Virus record (IMG/VR): IMGVR_UViG_2751185836_000001
From: a virus
Taxonomy: Duplodnaviria; Heunggongvirae; Uroviricota; Caudoviricetes
Reading direction: 5' to 3' (one strand)
Length of the DNA: 64,000 bases
Shown: piece after piece, positions 55,844-64,000 of the stretch
Layout: every line of letters starts with the position of its first letter
Numbering within the stretch: position 1 is the first letter of the stretch
The notes under the pieces: model-generated
Database searches by the model: none
Seen by the model: the letters and a program-made list of their open reading frames with translations, nothing else
What the model was told of the DNA's origin: nothing
Made by a program: the position numbers and the translations under genes

Positions 55844-56069
55844 AAAATAGGACCCCGGGCCCGACTGAGTCCGATGCCGCGAATGGTGCCAACAGGTGCC
55901 TTGGCATGAAATTCCATGATAGAACAGATAACTATAACAAACGGAATGTCTTCTTAAAAAAGAAAAGACGGCTTCCAGAGGAACCCGTCATTTCCTGAGA
56001 AGACATTGCCTAAGTGATGTTATCTTGTTCTCGGAACCTCCCGCTGGTAACAGCGTGGAGAGCAGTCAG
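55844..56069 (+). ncRNA. predicted omega-RNA scaffold region of IS element B
   Basis: Conserved RE, as 18624..18850. Confidence 0.35.
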
Positions 56070-56087
56070 GAAAAATACAACAACATC

Positions 56088-56501
56088 ATGAAGTGGCTCC
56101 CGGAGGTGCTGGAGAAGGAGTTCAGGACCATAGACAAATATGGTCACCTTCTTGAGAACCATATCAACAAGAGTGATGAGTTCCTGATGCGAAGGAGCGC
56201 CAGGAAAAAGATCAATGCCTCTACCTTTGTGGGAAATGAGCATGAAATCGTGGCCCACATCCATAAGGAACTCATAGCCAAAGCTGAAATGATCGCGGAG
56301 TACCTGGCGGACGATGGGTACGGAAGCGACGATTATGAGTTAGAGTGTGATCTGGGACTTCTACAGGGGAAGACCTATCTGTATGACGCCAATCAACACG
56401 ATTGGAAGGATGGCCCAAAGTCATGCAGCAAGTTCTTTATCATCATAAAGAAAGGGAGGAGTACCAACCATTTCTTTATAAAATCAGTATATCCTTGCTA
56501 G
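56088..56501 (+). CDS. hypothetical protein
   Basis: First ATG after the IS-B RE end. 137 aa. Confidence 0.4.
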   Translation: MKWLPEVLEKEFRTIDKYGHLLENHINKSDEFLMRRSARKKINASTFVGNEHEIVAHIHKELIAKAEMIAEYLADDGYGSDDYELECDLGLLQGKTYLYDANQHDWKDGPKSCSKFFIIIKKGRSTNHFFIKSVYPC

Positions 56502-56547
56502 AAAAAAGACTGTCATGGAAGATCCATGGCAGCCTTTTTTGTCATAA

Positions 56548-56877
56548 TTAATATCCATACGGTTCCGCGAAGGTTTTGTGGCCGTGCTCTTTCATCCAGA
56601 GATGGATGCCGTGGTTTAGGATGAAATCCTTGTCTTCCAGGACGTCATAGCCCATACCTTCCAAAGCGTCCCTGTTATTGCCGGAAGCGTAGCAGACTAC
56701 CCGTCCGGAAAGCTTTGCGCCATGATATCTCCCGGTCATGACCTCCGGGTCGAAGGCGGGGATGATCTCATATCCCAGTTCAGAAAGCGCTTCTTCCGTT
56801 TCAGAAAGGGCGAAGAACCTGATATCATTTTCTGTATAAGTGCCATATTTGTTTAATATCGAAATAGTATTTTTCAT
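56548..56877 (-). CDS. hypothetical protein
   Basis: Start at MKNTIS with GGGAGGAATTC RBS. 109 aa. A GCGGAACATGGTTCCGC palindrome terminator follows at 56994..57010. Confidence 0.4.
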   Translation of the reverse strand: MKNTISILNKYGTYTENDIRFFALSETEEALSELGYEIIPAFDPEVMTGRYHGAKLSGRVVCYASGNNRDALEGMGYDVLEDKDFILNHGIHLWMKEHGHKTFAEPYGY

Positions 56878-57018
56878 AAAGAATTCCTCCCTGACGAGAT
56901 AGTCGTTTCTTGCATTAATCATATTGTAACATACCAGCTCGGTAAAGAAAATTGTCAGGTAAGATGTATATTTTTGTTCATAGTACAGAAAAGGCGGAAC
57001 ATGGTTCCGCCTTTAATT

Positions 57019-57252
57019 TTAGTTAGCACGATAATAAGCAAATAAACCGGAAATTGTGGAAGTAATTCTCGTTGCCGTGTTATAACTATCGCCGCCACCT
57101 CTGTGTATCCCTATTGCATATGCATCACCGCCGGTGCCGTTTCCCTTAAATACAGGAGAGCCGCTCATTCCACCTAAAGTATCTGCATTGTGAGAAATTA
57201 AATAGGAAGTTGTAGAAGATAAAACAGTACCAAAGGCAATAGCAAGCTTCAT
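57019..57252 (-). CDS. small secreted protein carrying only the C-terminal catalytic-Ser segment of an S1B (V8/glutamyl-endopeptidase-like) serine protease
   Basis: RBS GAGGAGG. MKLAIAFGTVLSSTT is signal-like. GGMSGSPVF...AIGIHRGG matches the GNSGSPVF...GIHWGG block of V8-type proteases. The His/Asp catalytic part is absent. Confidence 0.35.
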   Translation of the reverse strand: MKLAIAFGTVLSSTTSYLISHNADTLGGMSGSPVFKGNGTGGDAYAIGIHRGGGDSYNTATRITSTISGLFAYYRAN

Positions 57253-57256
57253 GGAT

Positions 57257-57604
57257 TTAGTCCTCCTCATAATGTTCAACGGAAATAATATTTGCAATCG
57301 TCGCAGGTGAGGTCTCTTCAATTTCTCCGCTATATTCAACAACTATCCTGTCGCCCTCATGCCATACCTCATGAGAAGAAAAGTAAGAATTGTCTATTCG
57401 AACCAACCCGATATTCTCTAATCTGCATATGCTATATGAGGCTTCTCTTTCTGAAATAGTCCCTTTTTCTATTGCATTGGTTCCAATTTGTGCTGAACAA
57501 GCAGAATTTCCTAAAATGCATAGAATTATGATACCGATCAAACAAAATGTTATCGCTTTTTTCATAGCAAAATACCGGAGAACAAATCCCCCAATTCCTT
57601 TCAA
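57257..57604 (-). CDS. putative secreted lipoprotein
   Basis: MKKAITFCLIGIIILCILGNSAC is a signal peptide plus Cys. 115 aa. Confidence 0.35.
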   Translation of the reverse strand: MKGIGGFVLRYFAMKKAITFCLIGIIILCILGNSACSAQIGTNAIEKGTISEREASYSICRLENIGLVRIDNSYFSSHEVWHEGDRIVVEYSGEIEETSPATIANIISVEHYEED

Positions 57605-57845
57605 CCTTTTTCCTGCGGGTTACAATAATATTCAGTTTCATAAACCAAGAGAACAAAATGAAAAAACCAACAATCACATCCTTTCGATATAGATTTTGGA
57701 AAGAAAAGAGTTATTTGATAATAGAATATCATATATCTCCTTACTTTCAAGATAATATAGCGAATAAAGAAAAATTTTAAAAAAATTAGTGTGATAAATT
57801 GTTCCCTGCCCTGTGAAGCAGGCAGAAATGCCTGTTGTCGATGCA

Positions 57846-58142
57846 TCAAGTATTATTTTTTCGTTTCAGATACTCTTTCCGCCTGGAGATCATACACCCA
57901 GGAATATACTTCTCTTTGCGGGGGAAATGCTCCCAGAGGCACTCCTCCAGATAGAGAGCCCGTGGAGTATCCAACTCCTCCAGAGACATCTTCTGAAACT
58001 CATTTCTATGCTTCAGATACAGAAGCGTCTCCCCTTTTGACAGGGCAGCCTCCTTCGTACCACAAATTTCCATGTTTTTCAGATCTTTTTCAGTCCCTTT
58101 TCTGGTGATGATCTCATCACCCGTGATTTTTACACCGTACAT
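57846..58142 (-). CDS. hypothetical protein
   Basis: 98-aa ORF, basic C-terminus. Confidence 0.35.
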   Translation of the reverse strand: MYGVKITGDEIITRKGTEKDLKNMEICGTKEAALSKGETLLYLKHRNEFQKMSLEELDTPRALYLEECLWEHFPRKEKYIPGCMISRRKEYLKRKNNT

Positions 58143-58251
58143 AAATAAGTGCTCCTTTCATATGTAAGAATATGGAAGATTTTAACAGGAAAACTCAACA
58201 CAGAAAAAAATACATATTTCAGCGATTATAAAAAAAGAGGAGGAATGGAAC

Positions 58252-58892
58252 ATGAAAAAGGATAAACTACTAACCTTCGCCAAAGGGGCTCTAAAGGAGA
58301 TGGAAACGTGTAACTCCCTGGAGAAACAACTCTCAATGTATCAGGCAATACGTGAATGCGCACAGCAAGATGGCTATTTCTGTGGGCCAGAGGACGAGGA
58401 TCTGATCCGATTGATCCGGGAATGGGATCAGCACAGAGACTATCCTTATTTTAAGGACAGGGATCATGTGCAGAGATATCTGGAAGAGCGGCCCGTAAAG
58501 CCAACGGAAAGATGGAAAGACGCGTTTGAGCGTGAAATCCGTTTCCTTCAGCGCAACAACAAATCCATCGTGGACGAAGGAGTCCTGCGCGACGAGGCAA
58601 CGCTTGCCGTAATCGAGCGGAAGTACGAGCAGGCACTAAACCTCGTAAGCGCACTTGCCACGGGTGAACAGTGGTTCTTGTATAGCAAGGACACCGCGAC
58701 TCCGATCAGAGGCCAGGATGACCTGTTAAAACTGATCCGGAGGGGTGCGGTGAAATTACCTTGGGTGAACATGAACCCAGATGGTTTTGAGGAGTATCTG
58801 GCAGCTTTAAAAGGCGGGCTTTTCGATACCACCGGAAACGCATGGGGATACATTACTGTATTTCGCTGCGGAGAAGTGGCTTTTCAGTTGAC
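58252..58892 (+). pseudogene. 5' part of a hypothetical gene interrupted by IS element A (continues in frame at 60597..60843)
   Basis: RBS AAGAGGAGGAATGGAAC. The frame ...CGEVAFQLT runs into the IS at TTGAC|GCATTACC. Deleting 58893..60596 restores an uninterrupted 296-aa ORF. Confidence 0.55.
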
Positions 58893-59151
58893 GCATTACC
58901 GCCGCACGCTCGTGACTTTAGTCGTGAGTAAGGCGGTCTTATATTTTATTCTATTAATAGTTATTTTTTTGTTATTGTTAAGATATGTATAAACAACATT
59001 TTTTCTAAGTTTTTTTGTTCATCTGATAAAAATGATCTTATTTGCATATTTGTTATAATGGATAAAAATGTATCTTAATTGTGAGCATATGGCTACAACG
59101 CATGTTATGACATGATTGCAGTCACGGAAAACCAAGTGAAAGGAGTCGTCT

Positions 59152-60478
59152 ATGAAACTCATCTCCACATATAGTGTGAAACTAAAAGAATACAGACATA
59201 TCTTCAAAGACACCATCCGAGTGTACCGTGCAGCGGTAGACTTCTTTCTCATGGTCTGTGACCAGGAATGGGAGAAAGTCTCTGACATCAGTACATCAAA
59301 ATTTCAGATGACGTTTATAGAACAGCTCACACATAAAACAGCAAAAAATCCGGACACAAAATATGATTTTGATGCAGTCTTTTATAAGTTTCCCTCTTAC
59401 CTACGTCGAGCAGCCATTTATGAGACTTTAGGTAAATACTTTTCCTATCGATCCAACCTGGCAAACTGGGAAAGGGGATCCGCAGGGGCGGAAACCTTCC
59501 TTCCCTAAAGCGGGATACGTGTATCCCTGTCTGTACCGGGATGGCATGTACGAGCGGACAGATATATACACAGCTCGGATCAAGGTCTATATCCGCAATA
59601 CCTGGGACTGGATCGATATTAAACTTCGTAAAAGTGATGTGGATTACATCCAACGTCACTGCTCCCACAGGAAGGAGTGTGCCCCCACTCTCCAGAAAAG
59701 GGGAAAAGAATGGTTCCTGGACTTTCCTTTTGAGGAACAGGTTACATTGAACAACACACCTTCCAAAGAGCAGGTGATCGCTGCCGTGGACCTTGGCATC
59801 AACAGCGCCGCCACGGTTTCCGTCATGCGAGCGGATGGCACTGTCCTGGGACGGCATTTCTGCCGGTTTCCCAGAGAAAAAGACTCTCTTACGCACGCGG
59901 TGAACCGGATCAAAAAGGCACAGCAGCACGGAGCCAGGAAAATGCCCCGCTTATGGGCCAGGGCGAACGGCATCAATGACGAAATCGCGGTAAAGACAGC
60001 TAGGTTTATCATTGAGGTGGCCGTCCTTTATAACGCGGATGTGATCGTGTTCGAGCACCTGGACCTGAAGGGTCGGAAGCGCGGCTCCAAAAAGCAGCGT
60101 CTCCACTTATGGAAAGCCCGCCGTGTCCAGTCCATCGTAACGGACCAAGCCCACCGTCTTGGTATGCGCGTCAGCCATGTCAACGCCTGGAACACCAGCC
60201 GCCTTGCCTTCGATGGCAGCGGGCGCGTCCTCCGGGGCCGGCAGTCTGAAAAGACGGGTGGCTCCTACAGCGTATGCGAGTTTCAGAACGGAAAGGTCTA
60301 TAACTGCGACCTGAACGCCACCTATAACATAGGGGCGAGATACTTTATCCGGACACTCTTAAAATCCTTGCCGGCAACGGAGAGGTTGGCCGTGGAGGCA
60401 AAAGTTCCTTCATGCGCTAAGAGAAGCACCTGCACCTTATCCACGCTTACTAGCCTGTACGCGGTCCTGGCGGCTTAA
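59152..60478 (+). pseudogene. tnpB: tnpB of IS-A copy 2 with +1 frameshift (extra G in GAAAGGGGATCC at ~59468)
   Basis: Split into 59152..59508 and 59519..60478 track ORFs. Copy 1 has GGAAAGGGATCC at the equivalent site. Confidence 0.6.
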
Positions 60479-60596
60479 CAGTTGTCAGATGGCTGAGTTC
60501 AGGCCCTATGGTGGAAAGACTGTCCGATCCCCCTAAAGGGGAACCGCCGCCAGGCGGCACTAGGAAGCACGTGAATTTATTCATGTGAGGCTTCAC
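60479..60596 (+). ncRNA. predicted omega-RNA scaffold region of IS element A
   Basis: Conserved RE, as 42535..42652. Confidence 0.35.
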
Positions 60597-60843
60597 TGAA
60601 AGATGTTGGGATGGCAAGAAGGTCATTGAAGCCGAGTTTTCTTGCTTTTCGGCTCCGTCTGAACTGACCGATCCTAAAATGCTGAACTTCACATGGCAAA
60701 GGACCGCATTCCTAAACGGTAACTTTGCCAGAGTGGAAGAGGGAGTGACAGCCCAGCTTTCTTCTCAGATTGCCAGGATAGAAGAAGCGCATGTCCCAGA
60801 AGAGCTTTTGCGCCGCGCCCTTCGGGAAGTGTATGTTTGGTAG
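60597..60843 (+). pseudogene. 3' part of the gene interrupted at 58892
   Basis: In frame with 58252..58892 after removal of the IS (...QLT|ERCWDGKKVIEAEF...EVYVW*). Confidence 0.5.
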
Positions 60844-60950
60844 CAACAGTTAGTGAAAAGTCCGGGGATTACTTCCCGGGCTTTTTGCTGTTCACCTGAG
60901 AAAATGAAGCGGATCCGTATTTTGCTACAATCGGAGAGAAGGAGGAAATC

Positions 60951-61382
60951 ATGCGACAGGAATTTAGAAACAGCCGGCCCCGGTATTGCCCGTTCTGCGG
61001 GCACCTGCTACAGGATCAGGGAAAAGAAGAAATCTGTTCCTGCCATATATGCGGAAACACTTATCTGGTGCATCCGTTCCAGGATAATCAGTATAGTGGA
61101 CAGGAGGAGTGGTATGACATCGCGGGATTTCTGGGGATATACCAGGTCAGTAGTCATCTCAGAGTCCGAAGCCTGGACCGGATAAGCGCCAGCGGCAGGA
61201 GACTGTCCGGCCGGCTCATGTCCACATACCCTAAGAAAAATGAACTGTATGTGGCGCTTTGCAAAAACGGGCGGCAGAAAGAGTACAATGTCCAGTCCCT
61301 CCTCTCAAAAGCGAAGCAGGAGAAGAGGCGTGTGGGCGGCCAGGAGGGTGTTGTCAATGAGCTGCGATTGAGCGTGGATTGA
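60951..61382 (+). CDS. NUMOD4-motif / HNH-homing-endonuclease-like protein with N-terminal zinc ribbon
   Basis: RBS GAGAAGGAGGAAATC. CPFCGH..CSCHICG. EWYDIAGFLGIYQVSSHLRVRSLDR is NUMOD4-like. GRLMSTYPKKNELYVALCKNGRQKEYNVQSLL is typical of the HNH_3 homing endonuclease N-terminal region. Confidence 0.5.
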   Translation: MRQEFRNSRPRYCPFCGHLLQDQGKEEICSCHICGNTYLVHPFQDNQYSGQEEWYDIAGFLGIYQVSSHLRVRSLDRISASGRRLSGRLMSTYPKKNELYVALCKNGRQKEYNVQSLLSKAKQEKRRVGGQEGVVNELRLSVD

Positions 61383-61474
61383 CAGTTTAGAAGGAGCGTC
61401 CGCTTATTTTGGAAAACGACCATATTAAAGAAAGTACATAACTGACAAGCGATATAAGAAGGGAGGGGAAAAGA

Positions 61475-61783
61475 TTGTCACAGAAAAGATCAGCTAAAGA
61501 CATGGCTTTCGAGAGAGAGCGTGCAAAATATCGGAAACAGATCCGGGAGCTTCAGTCGGAGCTCAGGGCGAAGGAAGCCCGGATCGCGGACCTTAAGGAG
61601 GAGTTGAGCGAAAAAGAAACAGAGATTGCCGAAAAGGAGGACTGGATCCGCCGCCTTCTGGAGTACACGGAGCTGTCACCGGAAGAACTTAAAAACCTGC
61701 TGGAAAAGGAGAAGGCGACCGCTGATATTATGGATGAGCTTTCTAAGATACAGGATGTTTTCCGCCGCTTCGGCATTTTTTAA
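61475..61783 (+). CDS. hypothetical coiled-coil protein
   Basis: TTG start 6 nt after GGGAGGGG. 102 aa rich in E/K/R/L heptads. Confidence 0.4.
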   Translation: MSQKRSAKDMAFERERAKYRKQIRELQSELRAKEARIADLKEELSEKETEIAEKEDWIRRLLEYTELSPEELKNLLEKEKATADIMDELSKIQDVFRRFGIF

Positions 61784-61853
61784 CGGTTCATCTGAGAAAA
61801 ATCCGAAACAACTATGGTCGGTATAATAATAGTAAGGGAAGGGAGAAAACGGT

Positions 61854-62297
61854 ATGAGCAAGACAAATCCAGGAACAGGATCAGATCTTATTAAGGCCCT
61901 GCGGTGTCTGGCCAGCCAGGACGCAGATGGGGATTGCCATATGGACAAGTATAACCGCTACTTAGACAACTGTAATTTCAGCAAAAAGAAAGAGTCACAG
62001 ATGTCTTGCAGCGGCACCAGCGAGGGCACGATACAGTGTCCATATCATCAGAAAACCTATGGCGTGTGCTTAGAGGACGGGGATTGCATGGACTGGCTCA
62101 GAACAGTGGCAGATATCCTGGAACGCACATTAGAAAAGAGTTCCGATAATCCCGCATTGGACGCATCCCAAAGAGAGATTGAGCTTCGCATGGTCTCTTC
62201 TTATGGGAAAAAGCGAGAAGGCCTCATAGAAGCATACGACATTATCAGCAGTTACATCGGAATAGAAAAAAAGCAGGGAAACACTGTAGGAGACTAA
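61854..62297 (+). CDS. hypothetical Cys-rich protein
   Basis: RBS GGGAAGGGAG. Downstream of a GGTTCATCTGAGAAAAAT-N19-TATAAT module. Confidence 0.45.
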   Translation: MSKTNPGTGSDLIKALRCLASQDADGDCHMDKYNRYLDNCNFSKKKESQMSCSGTSEGTIQCPYHQKTYGVCLEDGDCMDWLRTVADILERTLEKSSDNPALDASQREIELRMVSSYGKKREGLIEAYDIISSYIGIEKKQGNTVGD

Positions 62298-62552
62298 ACC
62301 AGGAGGGAAAGATCATGATCAGCACAGCGATGGGACTTTTTTCATTTCAGTACCCGATCAGCACCGCATTGTGCGCCTTTTGTGTCAATGAAACCGGAAA
62401 AGGCTGGCGAAACACATAAAAAATAATCGGTATCGCGTTGTTTGGCTACATTATGGCCATATTCGGATATTTGCTGGGATTTGCACATTCGCTATAAGCA
62501 ACAATATTGTCACCTAAACACAGTGATATTAAAAAGGAAAGGAGTATGTGTA

Positions 62553-63206
62553 ATGGGAACTAAGGAAGTGACCTATAAGCACCTGACAGTCGGACAGGAG
62601 GTCAAAGGAGTAAGAGGTGAAGGCAGATATCAAGGCTTTACGGGATACGTAGACGAAATCAATCCTGCATTTGTCACGGTCGCCATGTGGCGGATCGACG
62701 GGCGAAAGGAACAGTACAGTACGGACTATATGTTTATCGTAGAAATGACAAATGAAGAATACCGTGATAGATGGAACAAAAAGGCGGGGGAGGTTGTAAA
62801 GGCTCTACAGAGCCGGATGAACCCGAATGACATTGGCGGACATTCAATGTACAATGTCTGGATTTCTACAAATCCTTGGGAAATGGCAGAAGCTTGTGAA
62901 AAGCGGAAGCTGCATCTGCTTGGCTATTGCCCGGACATACCGGCAAGACATTCCGCATCCGGAGATCTTTTAGATATCGGCTTTTGCGTGGAGACGGAAG
63001 ACGGAAACCGCTTCTGGTGCCACGCCAGGTCTTCTTATCTGGAAGTCCTTGCGAGAAGATATCAGCGCTACCAGGAATGGCGGAAGGATCGCACATGTAA
63101 TATAGAGCTTGAGCTTGATGTAATCCCATACCAGATAGAGGAAGAGCGGGCGCTCAGGGAAGAGGCCCAAAAAAAGGCAGCCGAGAAGGAAAAAGATCAT
63201 GAATAA
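62553..63206 (+). CDS. hypothetical protein
   Basis: Start at MGTKEV with AAGGAGT RBS. 217 aa. Confidence 0.45.
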   Translation: MGTKEVTYKHLTVGQEVKGVRGEGRYQGFTGYVDEINPAFVTVAMWRIDGRKEQYSTDYMFIVEMTNEEYRDRWNKKAGEVVKALQSRMNPNDIGGHSMYNVWISTNPWEMAEACEKRKLHLLGYCPDIPARHSASGDLLDIGFCVETEDGNRFWCHARSSYLEVLARRYQRYQEWRKDRTCNIELELDVIPYQIEEERALREEAQKKAAEKEKDHE

Positions 63207-63241
63207 TGGAACTGCTTGAGTAATACTGGAGAGGAGACAAA

Positions 63242-63442
63242 ATGGACAAAGAAAAATTGGTGATAGGAAAAACATACCTTCACCACAGGAAGGTAGACAT
63301 TGGTGACAGGGAATTGGAGGGGGAACGCTGGGTCAAGTGTGTAGAGACAACCAAGACGGGAGCCTTATTCCAGCACGAGTTCGAGGTATTCGAGCTTAAC
63401 AACGAAAAGATCCAGGAAGAGATCATCCGGGCGTTTCCGTAG
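63242..63442 (+). CDS. hypothetical small protein
   Basis: RBS GGAGAGGAGAC. 66 aa. Confidence 0.4.
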   Translation: MDKEKLVIGKTYLHHRKVDIGDRELEGERWVKCVETTKTGALFQHEFEVFELNNEKIQEEIIRAFP

Positions 63443-63458
63443 GGAGGAGAGAGATTAA

Positions 63459-64000
63459 GTGGAAGCAGTTCTCAAATTTCCGGGAGCTAAGAACCGGCTG
63501 GCTCCATGGATCTTAAGCTTCATCCCGGAACACAAGGTATATCTGGAGCCGTTTGCGGGCAGCCTGGCCGTCCTCCTTAACAAGAAACGGAGCCATATTG
63601 AGACAGTAAATGACCTGGACGAGGAGATCGTAAACTTCTTCCGGGTCATGCGTGACACGCCAGGCACACTGAACTGGCTCCTTAAAGAGACTCCGTATTC
63701 CCGGGAAGAGTATAGCCACGCTTTTGAGCATTGTCTGGATCCCCTGGAACGGGCCAGACGCTTCGTTGTCCGCTGCTGGATGGGATTTGGTGCCGGGAAC
63801 CACTATAAGAACGGTTTTAGAAGCGGACAACAGAGTAATTCGCCCAACCCGGCAAAAGCATGGGCCGGACTGCCACAGACGATCACACTGGCATCCGAGC
63901 GTTTGCAGGGTGTCCAGATCGAGCATATGGACGCCGTGGAACTGATCCGCCGGTACGACACAGAGGATGTATTTATTTACGCGGATCCACCGTATCTACC
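63459..64000 (+). CDS. Dam-type (D12 class) N6-adenine DNA methyltransferase, 3' end beyond window
   Basis: GTG start after GGGAGGAGAG. LKFPGAKNRLAPWILSFIP...YLEPFAGSLAVLL (AdoMet-binding region). The last codons in the window read IYADPPYL (catalytic DPPY). Not in the ORF track because there is no stop inside the window. Confidence 0.7.
   Translation, partial: MEAVLKFPGAKNRLAPWILSFIPEHKVYLEPFAGSLAVLLNKKRSHIETVNDLDEEIVNFFRVMRDTPGTLNWLLKETPYSREEYSHAFEHCLDPLERARRFVVRCWMGFGAGNHYKNGFRSGQQSNSPNPAKAWAGLPQTITLASERLQGVQIEHMDAVELIRRYDTEDVFIYADPPYL

Larger units (their letters stand above)
53810..56069 (+). mobile_element. IS200/IS605-family element B, complete copy (LE, tnpA, tnpB, RE)
   Basis: 2260 bp. 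LE AATAACTAAGTGGGAAAGCTGCCACTGGTAACAGTGTGCAG sits 3' of TTAC (53806..53809). RE ends GAGAGCAGTCAG at 56069. Confidence 0.75.
58893..60596 (+). mobile_element. IS200/IS605-family element A, second full-length copy (tnpB frameshifted)
   Basis: 1704 bp, about 98% identical to 40951..42652. Simple insertion 3' of TTGAC; excision restores the host ORF in frame. Confidence 0.75.

Noticed and set aside
6775-57010. GGAACCWGGTTCC palindromes as LexA/Cheo boxes
   Set aside because: The half-site spacing is GAAC-N3-GTTC whereas Firmicutes LexA boxes are GAAC-N4-GTTC. Several copies are clearly terminator stems.
59460-59520. Programmed frameshift in tnpB of IS-A copy 2
   Set aside because: Copy 1 is a single uninterrupted ORF with GGG at the equivalent position. 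The extra G in a homopolymer run is more simply a mutation or sequencing error.

Overview
This is a 64-kb accessory, mobile-element-rich region of a Firmicutes (Clostridia-like) genome, mostly + strand, with GAGG-type RBSs and some GTG/TTG starts. It holds five groups of content. (1) 1002..4559: a 1185-aa alanine-rich coiled-coil surface protein with signal peptide and C-terminal membrane anchor. (2) ~8.7-16.7 kb: an addiction/defence-like island with HNH, HigB/HigA-like TA pair, Fic-like protein, AAA ATPase and a secreted Endonuclease_NS_2-type lipoprotein nuclease whose signal peptide sits in another frame. (3) ~19-29 kb: prophage-like cargo (HAD phosphatase, GIY-YIG, HNH, PAPS-reductase-like, many small Zn-ribbon ORFs). 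An HNH gene at 23168..24130 is flanked on both sides by CRISPR-like mini-arrays (35-bp repeats, 30-32-bp unique spacers) that share a 69-bp dual-hairpin leader-like element; no cas genes are present. (4) ~36.7-41 kb: a bacteriocin-like locus. An unannotated 44-aa double-glycine-leader peptide gene and its terminator are followed by an FtsX-type permease, an ABC ATPase and a C39-peptidase ABC exporter that is cut by an IS. (5) ~43-53.8 kb: a string of small independent transcription units, each with a strongly conserved 5' module (TTTYCATATTCC ... ATAAGAGGAGGAA). They include a tandem-duplicated paralog family, a macro-domain protein and a Y-family polymerase with a LexA-N-terminal-only protein. 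Two IS200/IS605-family elements are spread through the window. Family A is TnpB-only: copies 40951..42652 and 58893..60596 (frameshifted), a 5'-truncated copy 8011..8702 and a solo left-end (LE) fragment 6799..6905. Family B is tnpA+tnpB: a full copy 53810..56069, tnpA-less copies 17053..18850 and 29738..31554, a 398-bp MITE 45765..46162 and a right-end (RE) fragment 35545..35595. All carry conserved 3' ends consistent with omega-RNA scaffolds. Recurrent short motifs (CTGAGAAAAT-N20-TATAAT; the 17-bp palindrome GCGGAACCWGGTTCCGC) occur throughout. The window ends in a partial Dam-type methyltransferase gene.
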